Below are positions 11,271 through 23,220 of a DNA stretch of 64,000 nt, piece by piece. The notes below the pieces were generated by a model. That model was not told where the DNA came from, did no database searches, and was given only the letters and a program-made list of their open reading frames with translations. The translations under genes were made by a program, and so were the position numbers. The DNA is from Camelus ferus (lineage: Eukaryota): NCBI RefSeq assembly GCF_009834535.1, contig NC_045696.1, positions 62,622,001 through 62,686,000 on the forward strand, in the 5' to 3' direction. How positions within the stretch are numbered: position 1 is the first letter of the stretch; each line of letters begins with the position of its first letter.

Positions 11271-12715
11271 CATCCTATTTCCTAGTTTGCATTCTGCCTC
11301 TCCCTATAGAGAGCATCACCTGCACAAGGGCAGGGCGTTACAGGCACCCCATAAGTGCCACCCCTGTTTCTGGCCTGAGTTGGGAGTGACAGACACAGGG
11401 GCAGGCGCTTGCCAACCTGGAGTGCAGACCAGAGAGACTTCAGGAGGGACAGGCACCTCTGGACGGTTGCTGGCTGCCCTGCAGGGAGAGGCAGGCTCTC
11501 AGAGGCTGATGCCAGGGAATAGAAGAGGGACCGGGACATTCTTGCCTCCCAGACTCACCCATCACATCAGTTTCTCCTCTTGCCCTAAGGGAGGTGGTGT
11601 GTGCAGGCTGGGGAAGGGGGTGGGGCAGAAGGCAGGGAGTGCTGGTCTAGCGGGGCCTCCTCCATAGAGATGGCACGAAGCAGTAGAAACGGGTGTTCCC
11701 TCTTCCTCCATCATGATCATATTTTTAATACAGTTCCTGGCTCTCAGTAATATTTTATAGTCAACTGACTGATAGCTATATTAATTAAACCCAAGAAATC
11801 CTAGCAGAGTTCTCGGTGATCTGCTGCTTGGACATCAAACTTCAACCTTCTTGGAGCTCGAGGCTAGGATGTCATCTCCGGATGACAAGTTAGGAATAAG
11901 GAGGCCGTGTGCATTCCACACTTAAAAGTGACAGTTGGATTCCAGGAGGAGCTTGTGCTGAGGACTGGGAGGGACGAGACAGATGTTAAAGCTCTTTGCA
12001 TGCCTCGGGGAATTTCCAGAGTTTCTTTTACTCAAGAGCAACACTGTGAGTGGCTTTGAAAAAATGAGTCCCTCAGCTGAGAGTTGGGGCTGAAAAGAAG
12101 CCTGAGAGTGAAGACCTGGATGCTGGCTGCTCATTGATGAAGCTCATGACAAACAGGGGGCCCTGAAATACGGATTCCCCAGCTTGGCACAGCAGCAGGT
12201 ACCTGGACCAGAGGAAGCTTGACTAAGTTGTGACAGTCTGGGAAAGAGGGGCTCAAGGAACCGTGTCCTGAAGTGAGAGGCTCTCTGAAAAAATCGACTG
12301 ACATTTTATTCTACAGAATTGAGAGAGCAGTGCTATTTTACTAAACGTAATGGAGCTTTTTAAAATTATTATGTGTTCATGAAAAACCTGTGGTAGTTCA
12401 TGTAGCAGTGCAAGTTTCTCATGGAAAACTTTAGTCATGGATCAGTAGGGAAGAACTTTGTACAGTATTATTGTATCATGTTCAGTACTTCTGGAAAATT
12501 TCACAGGTATGTGTTGAAATTATAAACCAAAGCCCATACCATAAGGCCAGCGGTCATCATATAGATGAAATACACTGATACCTGGGTAATATATAAATGC
12601 TGTGGGGGTTCAGTGCATGGAGGAAATGTTCCAGCTTTGGGGACCAGTCATTCTTCATGATTTCCTGACTGTTCTCTGTTCCTGTTGGCCATTTTTGAAA
12701 AACAGATAACCGCAT

Positions 12716-13445
12716 TTTTTAAAAATTAAAAACATCCAAGATATAATTCACATTTCATGAAATTCATCTTTTTAAAATATACGATTCTGTGGGTTTTAAT
12801 ATATTCACAGGGTGGTTCAATTATAACCACTAACATTTTATCACCCTCAAAAGAAACTCCGTACTCATCAGCAGTCACTCCCCCTTCCCCCTTTCCTCTC
12901 AGCGTTGGCAACTACTAACCTGCTTGCATCTCTATCAATTTACCTGTTCTGAACATTTCATATAAATGGATCTTTTGTGTCTGGCTTCTTTCACTTAGCG
13001 TCATGTTTTTAAGGTTCATGTTGTAGCCTGTGCCAGTACTTCATGCCTTTCTATGCTTGAATAACATGCCATTGTATGGCTATACCACATTTTCATTCAT
13101 TCATTAGTTGATAGACATTTGCATTTCCACTTTTGGGCTATTATGAATAATTTGCTGTGAACATGCAGTTACAAGTTTTTGTGTGGTTATATGTTTTCAG
13201 ATCTCTTGGGGATATACCTAGGAGCGGAGTGGCTGGTCACATGGTAACTGTTTAAGTCTTTGAGGAACTGCCAGTCTGTTTTCCGAAGTAGCCATATTAT
13301 TTTACATTCCCATCAGCAGTGTGTGAGGGTTTCGATCCTTGCCAGCACCTGTTGCTGTCTGTCTTTTTGATTATAGCCATCCTAGTGGGTACGAGCTAGC
13401 ATCTCATTGTGGTTTTGATGTGCATTTCCCTAGTGTCTAATGATG
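12716..13445 (-). mobile_element. L1MB-type 3' end
   Basis: gatataattcaca...ggcaactactaacctg...tggcttctttcacttagc...ttgggctattatgaataat...gaggaactgccag...ttacattcccatcagcagtgt...gtggttttgatgtgcatttccct. Confidence 0.9.
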
Positions 13446-16278
13446 GATCATTACATATTTTTAAGGACAGCCGAATAAATGTATTTGGTATTTTCTTACA
13501 TATTAACCAAAATGCATTTTACAAGAAAAACCAGTATCTTGACTCTCCCCTCCCCATCCTGAAAGATGTTGTGACATCTCTGAAAATGCTTGTATGCTGA
13601 AGAACATGGTTTGGAAATTTTTGATGTGTACAGTAATGTTATGCCTAAAATCAATGGGGAGGTGTTACTAGTATGAAGACTTGATTAGGAGAATAGTAAC
13701 ATCATTTGTTCGGCACTTCAGAGCCTATAAATGTATAATGTCTTATAAGTCTATAAATGTCTTGAGTTCCTACACTGAGCCATGGGGGCTGGACTGTGTA
13801 ACATGCTCTGGGGAGTAGGAGGCAGGGCAAGACAGGGAGCCACTGAGGGGTAGGCAGTAGCCCACCTTGCATTCTGTACCATCCTCCTGCCCAGATGCCT
13901 GAAATACATACATTCAGTCTGGATAAATACCCTCAGTCTGTGCTTGCTGCTGCCACAGCTTTGCAGAGCCTTGCAGGATCACCACACATTGGGGCCAGGA
14001 AGGAACTCTGACCCTCTGGTGCTGCATCCTCCCAGTGACCTGATAGACCCTGGAGGAAGGGCAGTGATTTATTCAGTGCCACACACAGAGCTGGGGTTAG
14101 AACCAGCCCGGGCTCTTCCCTCTTCAATTTGAGTGTCAGTGTTTGCAGCAGCCTCTGGCGCTTTTGGAAGGGTAGATTGAGAGCCAGCTCACCCTAACCC
14201 TCACAGCACAGTGGGCAGGATGCAGGGTCATTTTCACCCATGCCGGTGGAGCCTTACTCTTTGTGTCCCCAAGGTTCTCTCTGGTTGGGAAGGGAAGGAG
14301 AGGCATGGCCCTGACCTCCAGGGGGCTGACCCTCTGCCAGTCCCTCGGGGCTGATTTTCAGCTGTCCAGTGCCTGAGATGGAGCAGGGAGTTAGTATTGG
14401 GGAGCTGTATTCTTCCGAGGGAAACCATGTTGTTTGTCCTCTGCTTGGGGGTGTGCGCTGGAGGGAGCTCCAGGGCTAGAGTTAGCGTGTGGGCCTCCGA
14501 GGTCTGGAGAACGAGGAGGAGGAACTGCAGGAGTGCAGCCCACCCTGGACCTCCGGCCTCCTTGTGGGTCACCGCATCCTCCCTGAGACCCAGTAGGAGA
14601 GCTTGCCTTGCTCTCAGGGTCACTTCCCTGCTGGTTGAGTCGTGTGTGTGGCGCTCCTCGTGGCCACTGGAGGGCGCCGCTGCACCGCGGTTGCTTGGCC
14701 GAACCCCGGAGCCCGCCCTGCGCTGCATCTCCCATCACCGAAGCCTGGGACGAAGGTAGATCTGTTTTTGTCCCTTTCTCCACGAGTGCCCCCCCTATCC
14801 CCGTGTTTTAGAAAGGAAGACTGAAATGAAAGGGAAGGTGCCTGGTGATTATGGGCTGTAATTTCCCTCCTGTGCCTGGTGTAAACCTGCTTTGATGAGG
14901 CCCTTTGAAAAAGGTTGATGGAAAACAAGCTGGATCCTGGATGGAGAAGTGCTTTCGTGCAGCACAGAGGGGAGAGTGTGGATAGGGGGTGGGATGTGTC
15001 TGCGCTTCCTGAGCCACCTCGCCTCTCCTTGGTTCCTGTCCTATGACACCAGCTGGGCGCTGCCCATGGGCCCCCCAGGGACGCATCCTTTCCTCAGCCT
15101 GGGGTCCCCGTCACACCTAGCATGTGCCCTCCAGGTGAAGGGACACAGACTTCTGCTTAGCAAGGGAAATTTGTCTCTCCGAGCTGCATGAAAGTACAGC
15201 CCCTCTCACCCACACCAGCTCTCCAGAGTGTCAGGATTTCTCCGCGACCCCACATATCCTGGCTCTTGGTGGGAAGTTGGGTGGGAGGCAGGCATCGTGG
15301 CGAGGGTGCGGTGACCTGGATGCTAGTCCTGGCAGGCCGTGTCGTGACTATAGCCTTGTCGCCTAACTACCTGGAGCCTTCACATCCTCAGCTGTTGAAT
15401 GGGCTTCACCCTACCTCATGGTCACATCACAGTGGTCAGTGGCAGCTTCCCTAGTCTGTCCTTGGCTGGAGATGCTCAAAGGGAGGCCTTGTGCCCCTCC
15501 TGCAGTCCGCAGGCTCTCACGGTACCTAGCAGGTTCCCGGTCCAGGGCTCTTGCCTTTGGCCTTGGGGCCACTCACACTGGCCAGTGGGTTGCTCAGGGT
15601 TGGTCAGGAGGGCCAGTCTGGGTGGTCAGGCCTGGACCCCAGAGCAGCTCTGTGTGCTCCCAGCCCTGTTTCAGGTGCCTGTTCTGAGCAGCTGAGCCAG
15701 GCCCTGTCACAAAGCCTGCTGTTAATGTCTTTTAAATTAAAGCCATTTGTTTTATTTATCGGGGTAATTACTGCTAAGCAGCCCTGATTAAGTGATCCTC
15801 CTGCTGGTGGGACCTTGTGTCCGGGAGGCTGGCCTCTGTTGCCCTGCACTGGTTTGGTGGCCTGGGCGCACACAGTTCTCCCGCGGCGCCTCCTCTTCCT
15901 GTCCTTGCTGGGGTCACCATCCTTCCTGCCACCAGCAGAGTCTGTCCTGGGCCTGCCAAAGGAGAGGCCCCAGGGCAGGAGCACATGGCTTGGCTCCCCA
16001 GACCTGGGCTCAAACACCATCAGTGACATTTGGAAACAGTGTGGCCCTAGGTGTAACACCTCTGATCCCTCATTCATGACTTTACCAGGGTGGCTGTGAG
16101 ACAAAAGTGAGGCCACACCAGGGCCCCGGCACATGACAGGTGGCAAATCAGTGGTGGCTGCTGCTAACGGGACCTGAGTAGGTATGGGCAGCATTTTAGC
16201 AGGGGTGATGCCTGTGGATCCAATTGGAGGGCAGTGGAACCAGCTTGAAAAAGTTTTCTGCCTAGGTGTATTTCAGGG

Positions 16279-16605
16279 TGTCTCAGTCTGTTCGGGCTGT
16301 TACCACATACCACAGACTGAGTGGCTTATGAACAATAGCATTTCTCGGTTCTGGAGGCTGGAAGTCCAAGGGTGGGTGCCAGAGTGGCTGGGTTCTGCCA
16401 AAGGCCCTCTTCCAGACTGCAGATGGCCAACTTCTCACTGTGTCCTCGTGGGGTGGAAGGGTTAGGGAGACTTCAGGAACCTCATTTATAACAGAACTAA
16501 TCCCACTCGAGGGCTCTACCCTCATGACTAAGCACCTCTCGAAGGCCCCACCTCCTGGGTGACAACGTCTGAACCTGGAGGGGCACAACCATTCAGAGCA
16601 TAGCA
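16279..16605 (-). mobile_element. MLT1A-type (MaLR) solo LTR with 5-bp TSD CAGGG
   Basis: TG...CA termini; internal ttctggaggctggaagtccaag and ccctcatgactaa; CAGGG at 16274-16278 and 16606-16610. Confidence 0.88.
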
Positions 16606-19600
16606 CAGGGTGCCCTCGTGATGTTCCAAGCCTTCCTCACTCCCCCAGATGCAGTGTTCTGTCCCTCTCCGACCCTCCCCCGGCCCCTCGTTTCCCTTAA
16701 CGGTGCGCCGTTTGCCTCTGTCTGAAAGCCCCGGTGCCGTGGCCTGGTTTGCTGCCCACTGTGTCCAGGCTTCCTCTCTCCTGCTGGAGGAAGAGGCCGT
16801 ATCTCCCCCTCCCCCTCCCCCCTGTGCCTTGCTCGTGCCCGGTTCTGGGCAGAGGCTCAGAGACGCCCGCTCGCTGTGGCCTGGGCTCTGGAGCAGGTGC
16901 TGCTCTTCCCTGTCAGGGCGCTGAAGCCGGTCCGTGCTTTGCAGTCTTGTGTGGGCAGCACGGGTGATCCTGCTGCGTCTTCTCTGTGAATTTTCCTGGC
17001 TAGATGTTCTAATTCTGGAAGTTTCCAGAAGGGCCAGTTCAGACTTGTTTTTTGTAAACCGTGAACCTGTTTCATGTTTTGTTTACCTCTTAATGGTGTT
17101 TGTTTTCTTGGTCGGACCGCACACAGCTAATGTTTGTAACCTTTTTGGGAATTCAGCCAAGTCTAAGCCCTACGTGATTTTGAAGAGCCAGGCTGCAGGG
17201 AGGGCCACATCCCCCGGACCTTGCTCCTTTCCCCTGTTCCCACCCCTCTGTGAGGGGGGCCTCGGCCCTCACCCTCTGTGGTTCATGCCCCACCATCTGC
17301 TGTGAGGCGTCCCTGTTCTTACCAGTCAGGATGTGGGCTCCGTGAGACCTGCCCAGAGGGTCAGGCTTCTTGAGTCCCAGTCACTGAGGGGTTCTGGAGG
17401 GGCTTCGTCAGCTCTGGCAAGTGGACGGGGGGGCTAGTCCTTGCTTGATAAGCTGCACAGGAGCAGGCAGAGCGTGAGCCTTGCTCTGGGCGCCCCCGGC
17501 CACCCCTGTGTGGGGGGCAGGAGGACACAGCAGGGGATTTCAGGTGTGCCTGGGGCACCTTTGGGAGGACGGAGGGGCTTTCTGTGGGAGTCAGGGAGCT
17601 TTGGGGATGTGTGCCCATTGAACGTTGGTGTAGGATGCAGCCTTCCCAATCTTGCAGAGGCAGCTGGGGCAACAGACCTTGTCTCCCATACCCGGCAGGA
17701 GAGTCATGACTAGAAGATGGGGGGAGGGGCGCTGCAGGAGGGAGGGGGCACTGGCTGGTGGGCTGCGGTCAGACAGCCTGGGCCGTCAGTGCTCCGGGAC
17801 AGGCAGAGGGAGCCCCGCCATCTCGGAGCTGCTCACTGAGCTGCCGGAGCTGTGGGAGCCTCTTCACGCCTCAGGGACTTTGCTCAGGTGCTTCCTCTCC
17901 TGGAACACCCATCCTTGCCTTTTTACCTGGCAAACTCTTTTCACCCTTCAAGATTAAACTCAGGTGGGTGCCAGTTATGTGGGGGAGTCATGCCTGCCTG
18001 CCCTACCTGGGTTAGCCCTTCTCTCCTGAGTCCCGCTGTGCTGCAGTTGCCGCGTCTGGGAGCTCCTGGGGGCAGGGCTGTCTCATTTCCTTCTGTGTCC
18101 AGGACATAGTGTAGCACAGGGCCCTGCGTGGAGTGGGACCCGGCACGAGCTGGCTGAGCAGGCACAGGTGGGCAGTGAAGTCTAAATGTGGGCCGGGCTG
18201 CCGAGCGCCCACGCCTTCAGATGTTCTGTGAGCGCCGTGCTCTCACATGTTAAGAAGTGGCGGCAGCACTGGGAGCCCTTGCCGTCTGGGGAGGCCTCTT
18301 GATTTAAGAAGCCTTCCTTGCACCTTTTAACACTGATCCTCCAGAGAAGAAGTCATCCAACCTGAGACCAGCCGGGAAGACCCAGGTGTGTGTTGGAGAC
18401 TTGTTCCTGGTTTCAGAGCTGTCCCCCGGGTACTGCTACGCAGAGATCCTGATGCTGGTCTGAGGGAGGTGGGAGGGGCTTCACTTCCCTCCTTAACAAG
18501 TAGGGAGGGTGGGGCTGCTTGATCTGCCTGGAGCCCCCAGCTAGTGAGCAGCGTGGGGCTGCTAGTCAGCCTCTCCGGGAAGCAGCCCAGCCCTGGCTCA
18601 CTCTCAGCGGAAGGACGGTGGACAGTCCTGCCCAGGTGCCGTGCTCATGGTTTCTAGGGCCCTCCCTGACCCTGGCTTCCACCGGTGGGGATTTTCAGTG
18701 TCTCTGAGCCTCAGTGCCTCGGCTGTGAGATGCTCAGGGGCATTACAGCTCCATAGTTCTCTTACTGGCATGTTGAGACTGGGCGTGGGAAGTTGTAAAA
18801 CACGTGTCCTTTCCAGGCTTCTCCCGATTGGGAAGGTAGGAGACGGGGGGTGGGGGTCTTGAAGCCATCATTCACCTCATTCTGGGCTGGCTTCCCAAGC
18901 CCTCCTTGCCGACTCCTGCTTCCCCCTCTGGGAAACATGGCTTCATTCCTCGGCCTCTGCCCCAAGCCGGGCGGCACCTCGGGATGAGGGCGAGGTGTGT
19001 GGAGGTCCCCTCAGATGTTCCCCATCAGCATCAGGGAGGACACAGCTGCCGCCATTTCAGCGGCAGGCGCCCTGCTAGACCCCACCTCGCTCTCCCATTT
19101 ACCCTCAGAGCAAGCAGTTCTGAGGAGGGAGGTACTGTCTCCGAGGAAGAGGCTTCCCAGCTGAGGACCCCGAGCCCAGAGCAGGTTTGGAGCTTGCTCA
19201 GAGCCGTATAACCCCGAGGTGGTGGAGCGGGGTTGTTTCAGACCCGCGGGCCCTGTGCCCTGATGCCTGTGATGGCTGTTTATTTTGGTGGTGGTTCTAG
19301 GCCCTCCAAACGTGGAGTGTTCCTCCGGCGCCCCGGTGCCTGCTGCTCGCTGGAACCTTACACACATGTCCTCCCCCTTGTCAGCAGGTCGAGGGGCCCT
19401 CGGGGGATGTGAGAAGAGCAGGGGGACACCCCGGGGGGTGTGAGAAGATCAGGTGGATCTCATTCCTCCTTCAGCTTTTGCCCTGAGAACCAGCTGGGCG
19501 CAGCTGTTGAGGAAATGGGCTCTTAGGGGACCATGTTGCTTGGAGCCCCACTTCCCTCTTGTGGCAGCAGGTCACAGGAGGTCAGGGCTAGAGGAAAGAG

Positions 19601-19629
19601 GAAAGGCTGTGTAGTCTTGTCCCCTCAAG

Positions 19630-19730
19630 TTACCTGTGAGGAAATGGGCCCAGAAAGGCTGAGCGACTTGCCCAAGGCCACACAGCCAGTCAGAGGACAG
19701 GGGTCTGGGACCAGGTCTCCTGCCCACACT
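19630..19730 (-). mobile_element. MIR core fragment
   Basis: gaggaaatgggcccagaaaggctgagcgacttgcccaaggccacacagccagt. Confidence 0.75.
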
Positions 19731-22470
19731 GCCTCCCTGCCTGCTGTCCGTTTAGTTTGTTCTGAAGCCAGTTCCAGGCTATGCTGATCTCTGTGCGCCT
19801 GTTTGTCTTCTGTGTTTGTCCCTAGCCTGACGTGTTTTTCTGGTCTCTCCCACCTGTGACTGCCCTGCGGTCGCCTGTGTGTTGTGGACATTGAACAGCT
19901 TGGCTTCACGCCCTGCTGAGCAGCTGCTCCAGAATCGAGCTGACGGGCTCAGGTGCAGGCCCCAGAGCCTTCCGAAGGCTCCCACTGTCCCTCTGCCGGG
20001 CCCGGCTCAGCCCACGGGGGCCTCGCTGGGGTTGAGCGTGTGCGTGTGGCGGGGGTGTAAGGAATCCTGCTGCGGTCTCCCACCTGGGTCTGCACCCCAT
20101 CCAGCCCAGTCCTGCCATGCCTGTTACAGGGATCTCTGGGTGCCGAGGAGTGGGCTCCCCGTTATGTGAGCTGATACACATGACACACAGTTGATGCTCC
20201 AGACACCTGTTTCTAACTTACCGTGTAACTCGCCCCACTGGAGCGTCCAGTCTCTCTGAAGACCTGTTGCCTGTGTCAGTCTTTCTGATGCTCCCGGTAT
20301 CACTGCTCTGACTGCAGTGCTGGTGAAGCTGCCAGACGGGAGGCCTGGGGGGCAGGGTCTGTGTGGCTGTTTCTCCTGAAGAGCCTAGCGTAAGGGCGGG
20401 CAGGTGCTTCTCCACGGAGCCCACCGTCGCTCCAGATGGGCCTGGTCAGGTTCCAGGCCCACCGTACCCTCCGGGAGGCTGCGGGTAGTTGTTTGTTTTT
20501 CCTGATCTCCTTCCTCATCTGCCCAAAGGGCACAATATCATCCACCTCAAAATGCTGGATGAAATTAAGTGAATTAATGTGTCTGAAGGACCAGCTTGTG
20601 CCCAGCACATCCCAGGGGTCTGCTTTGGACATGAGGCAGGCGGCCCCCGCCCCCTCCACGAAGGCCGTCCTGGTCTGCGCCTGCTTATCACAGGTCAGAT
20701 CCTGGTGCAGGTGGCCACACCCCAGCCTGGGCTTTGTGAGCAGGCTGAGTGGATGCTCAGCTTTGTCTCATAAAATAAAAGAGCAAGTTTGGCACAGAGG
20801 TCACCTGGCCTACATGCTTCATTACACTGGGTGTATGTACCGAGTAAGAGTGAGAGGATGACAGCCCTGAGGGCCAGGGGCTGAGCAGCATTACATCCAG
20901 TGGTCCCAGCTCTCTCACAGCAGGGAAGGAACAAGCCTTCTGCTCAGGAGACTAGCTTGGGGGGTGGAGACCATGATATGGGAGTACCCCTGGAGGGAGG
21001 TGGGCCGGGTGAGATGCTTGTGATTCCGGCTGCTGAAGATCTGTTTTAAGGTGAGTTTAACTGTGGTCAGTGTAGGGTTGGACTTTGGTCCTGGGTCCCC
21101 AGGGATGGGGTGCTGCTGACGTCTGAGTCATGGCCAAAGTCTTGGGTCCCTGATCACCCCCCATTCAGGGTCCGGCTGTGCCTGTGGCTCACTCAGCCAG
21201 GAGTGGGTGATGGATTGGGAATGGGGTGCCCAGCTACATGCTGCCCAGCCTCGGGGACACTGGTCACCTGCAGTCTGCAGTGGAAGGGGCTCCCTGGTGG
21301 GAGCTTGTCTGAGAGCCTCATTTCTTCTGTGTGTTCTAGTCTAAAACCCTACCTGGCTAGTGACTGCCTTCCTCAGTGAAGACTGGACTGTTAAATAGTT
21401 CACGGAGTATGATGAGCAGTGTTTGCAGAGGGAGTAAGACGTTTTGGAAGTTGGTTGCGTTTACTTGCCTGGTCTTCGGACTCCCTGAGCAGCTTTTGCT
21501 TTGATCAGAAACGGAGCAACTGAAGTTACTCACTGATACCGCTCTCTCACGGTTGCAAGACTTTGAGAGCAGAAGCAAAATGAAAACATTCCTCTTTACT
21601 TAAGGGGAGAGTTCTGTCTTGGGTCCCTGGCTCTGGAAGATGAAATCTGAGCTTGCTGTTTCAACTGCCTGATTTCTGGAGCTGTTGACTTCGAGCCCTG
21701 TTCCGTGACATGCACAGCATCCGGGACTGATTCGTGGAAATCTCTGTGAGATTTGTTAGAGCCTGGAAAAACGAAAGGGAGTTCTTGCTGCCCCATGAGT
21801 GTATTCAGCTCCGAGGAGGCGGAGTCCTGGGCCTTGGGGTGGGTGTGGGGAGAAAGTGCTTAGAGAAAGGTGGGCGGGCGGGCCAGAGCAGTGGCAGGAC
21901 CCCACTGAGAGCCCTTCGTGACCAGCTTCCACACAGACAATAAAACTCTAGGTGGAAGAACTGTCTCCGTTTGTCTGGGTCCCCGTGAGCCTTGTCCATG
22001 GGCCGGGTACTTCTGGTGTAGCTGGGGGATGGGCTCTCTGCTCATTTCACTTCTCGTGGGACCTGCACGTGGTGCTGCAGCTTGTAGATACCTTCCCGTC
22101 TTTCCGTCTCATCTTGCGCTTATTGTTTGTATGGCTGTAGAGTAAGTTATTGTCTATTTCTTTTGTAAGCCATTCTGTAAGTCTGATTTTTTTCCCACTG
22201 TAAGTAACACCACAGAGGACATCTCTGTATGTTTTTTTTTTTCCCCTTCTTTTGTATTGTTCCCAGGAACCCTTCCATGACTCTTCGCAAGGAACACTTT
22301 ACAGTCCTAAATGGTCCTATGTCTGCAAATGAATGTGAGAAACTCAGGACTCAGCAGCGCTGCTCCTCACGTTCACGCTGCGTCTTTAATTAAGGGCTTG
22401 CCTGCGGATTCACGCTGCACAGCCTTGCTTTCTCGCCTCTTAGGTAATATTTTATTGAAAAAAATTTTTT

Positions 22471-22622
22471 AAGCAACAAGGATTTACTGTATAATACAGA
22501 GAACTATATTCAGTATCTTGTAATAACCTGTAGTGGAAAATAATCTGTAAAAAATATAACTGAATCATTTTGCTGTACATCTGAAAGTAACAATATGGTA
22601 AATCAACTATATTTCAATAAAA
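22471..22622 (+). mobile_element. Short 5'-truncated L1 3' end (artiodactyl/laurasiatherian type), sense to XXYLT1
   Basis: caacaaggatttactgtata...gaactatattcagtatcttgtaataacct...gaatcattttgctgtacatctgaaa...taaatcaactatatttcaataaa; flanked by aaaattttt on both sides (possible TSD). Confidence 0.85.
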
Positions 22623-23220
22623 TTTTTTCTAGTATTTTTATACATTAAATTATGAAGCATCAAAATATAGAAAAATTCAGAAAAAATGTCATAGGTACCT
22701 GTTTTCCTACAGTATAGGTTAAATAAGGGTGAACATTTGGTTCTATTTGCTTAGATTCTTTTTTTAAGGAAATGAATTATTACAGATACAGCTAAAGTCC
22801 ACCCTTATTTCTTGTCCCCTCGCTCCCTGGCCCCAGAAGTGTTCACTGTCCCACACAGGGAGGTGGTGTTCTTTGTAGAATTTGTGCTTTTACCACATGT
22901 ATATGTGTTCATGTACACACACGGATCTATACCTATATAAAAATATACTTCATTGCTTTGTAGACCTTAAACAGTTATATAAATGCTCTCATTATACATC
23001 CTTTTGATATTTCTTTTTGCACCTGACATTATAGTTCTGACATTTATCTGTGTTGTTACATGCAGGTCTTGTTTGGTCATTTTAACTGTCCTTTGGGATT
23101 TCGTTACGGGGAGACCTCCGTTTATCCATTTTTTCTCTGAGGGGTGGCTGGGCTGCCCCACTTTTTGGTCACTGCAGACTGCTGCAGTGAGCCTGAGGTG
23201 CACATCTGCATACACGTACA
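22623..23220 (-). mobile_element. Old L1ME-type 3' fragment
   Basis: acagatacagctaaagtcc...catttatctgtgttgttacatgcagg...tttatccatttt...ctgctgcagtgagc. Confidence 0.6.

Noticed and set aside
19401..19459. Two ~30-bp direct repeats (ggggg.tgtgagaaga.cagg)
   Set aside because: Only two diverged adjacent units: a simple local duplication, not a minisatellite or spacer array.
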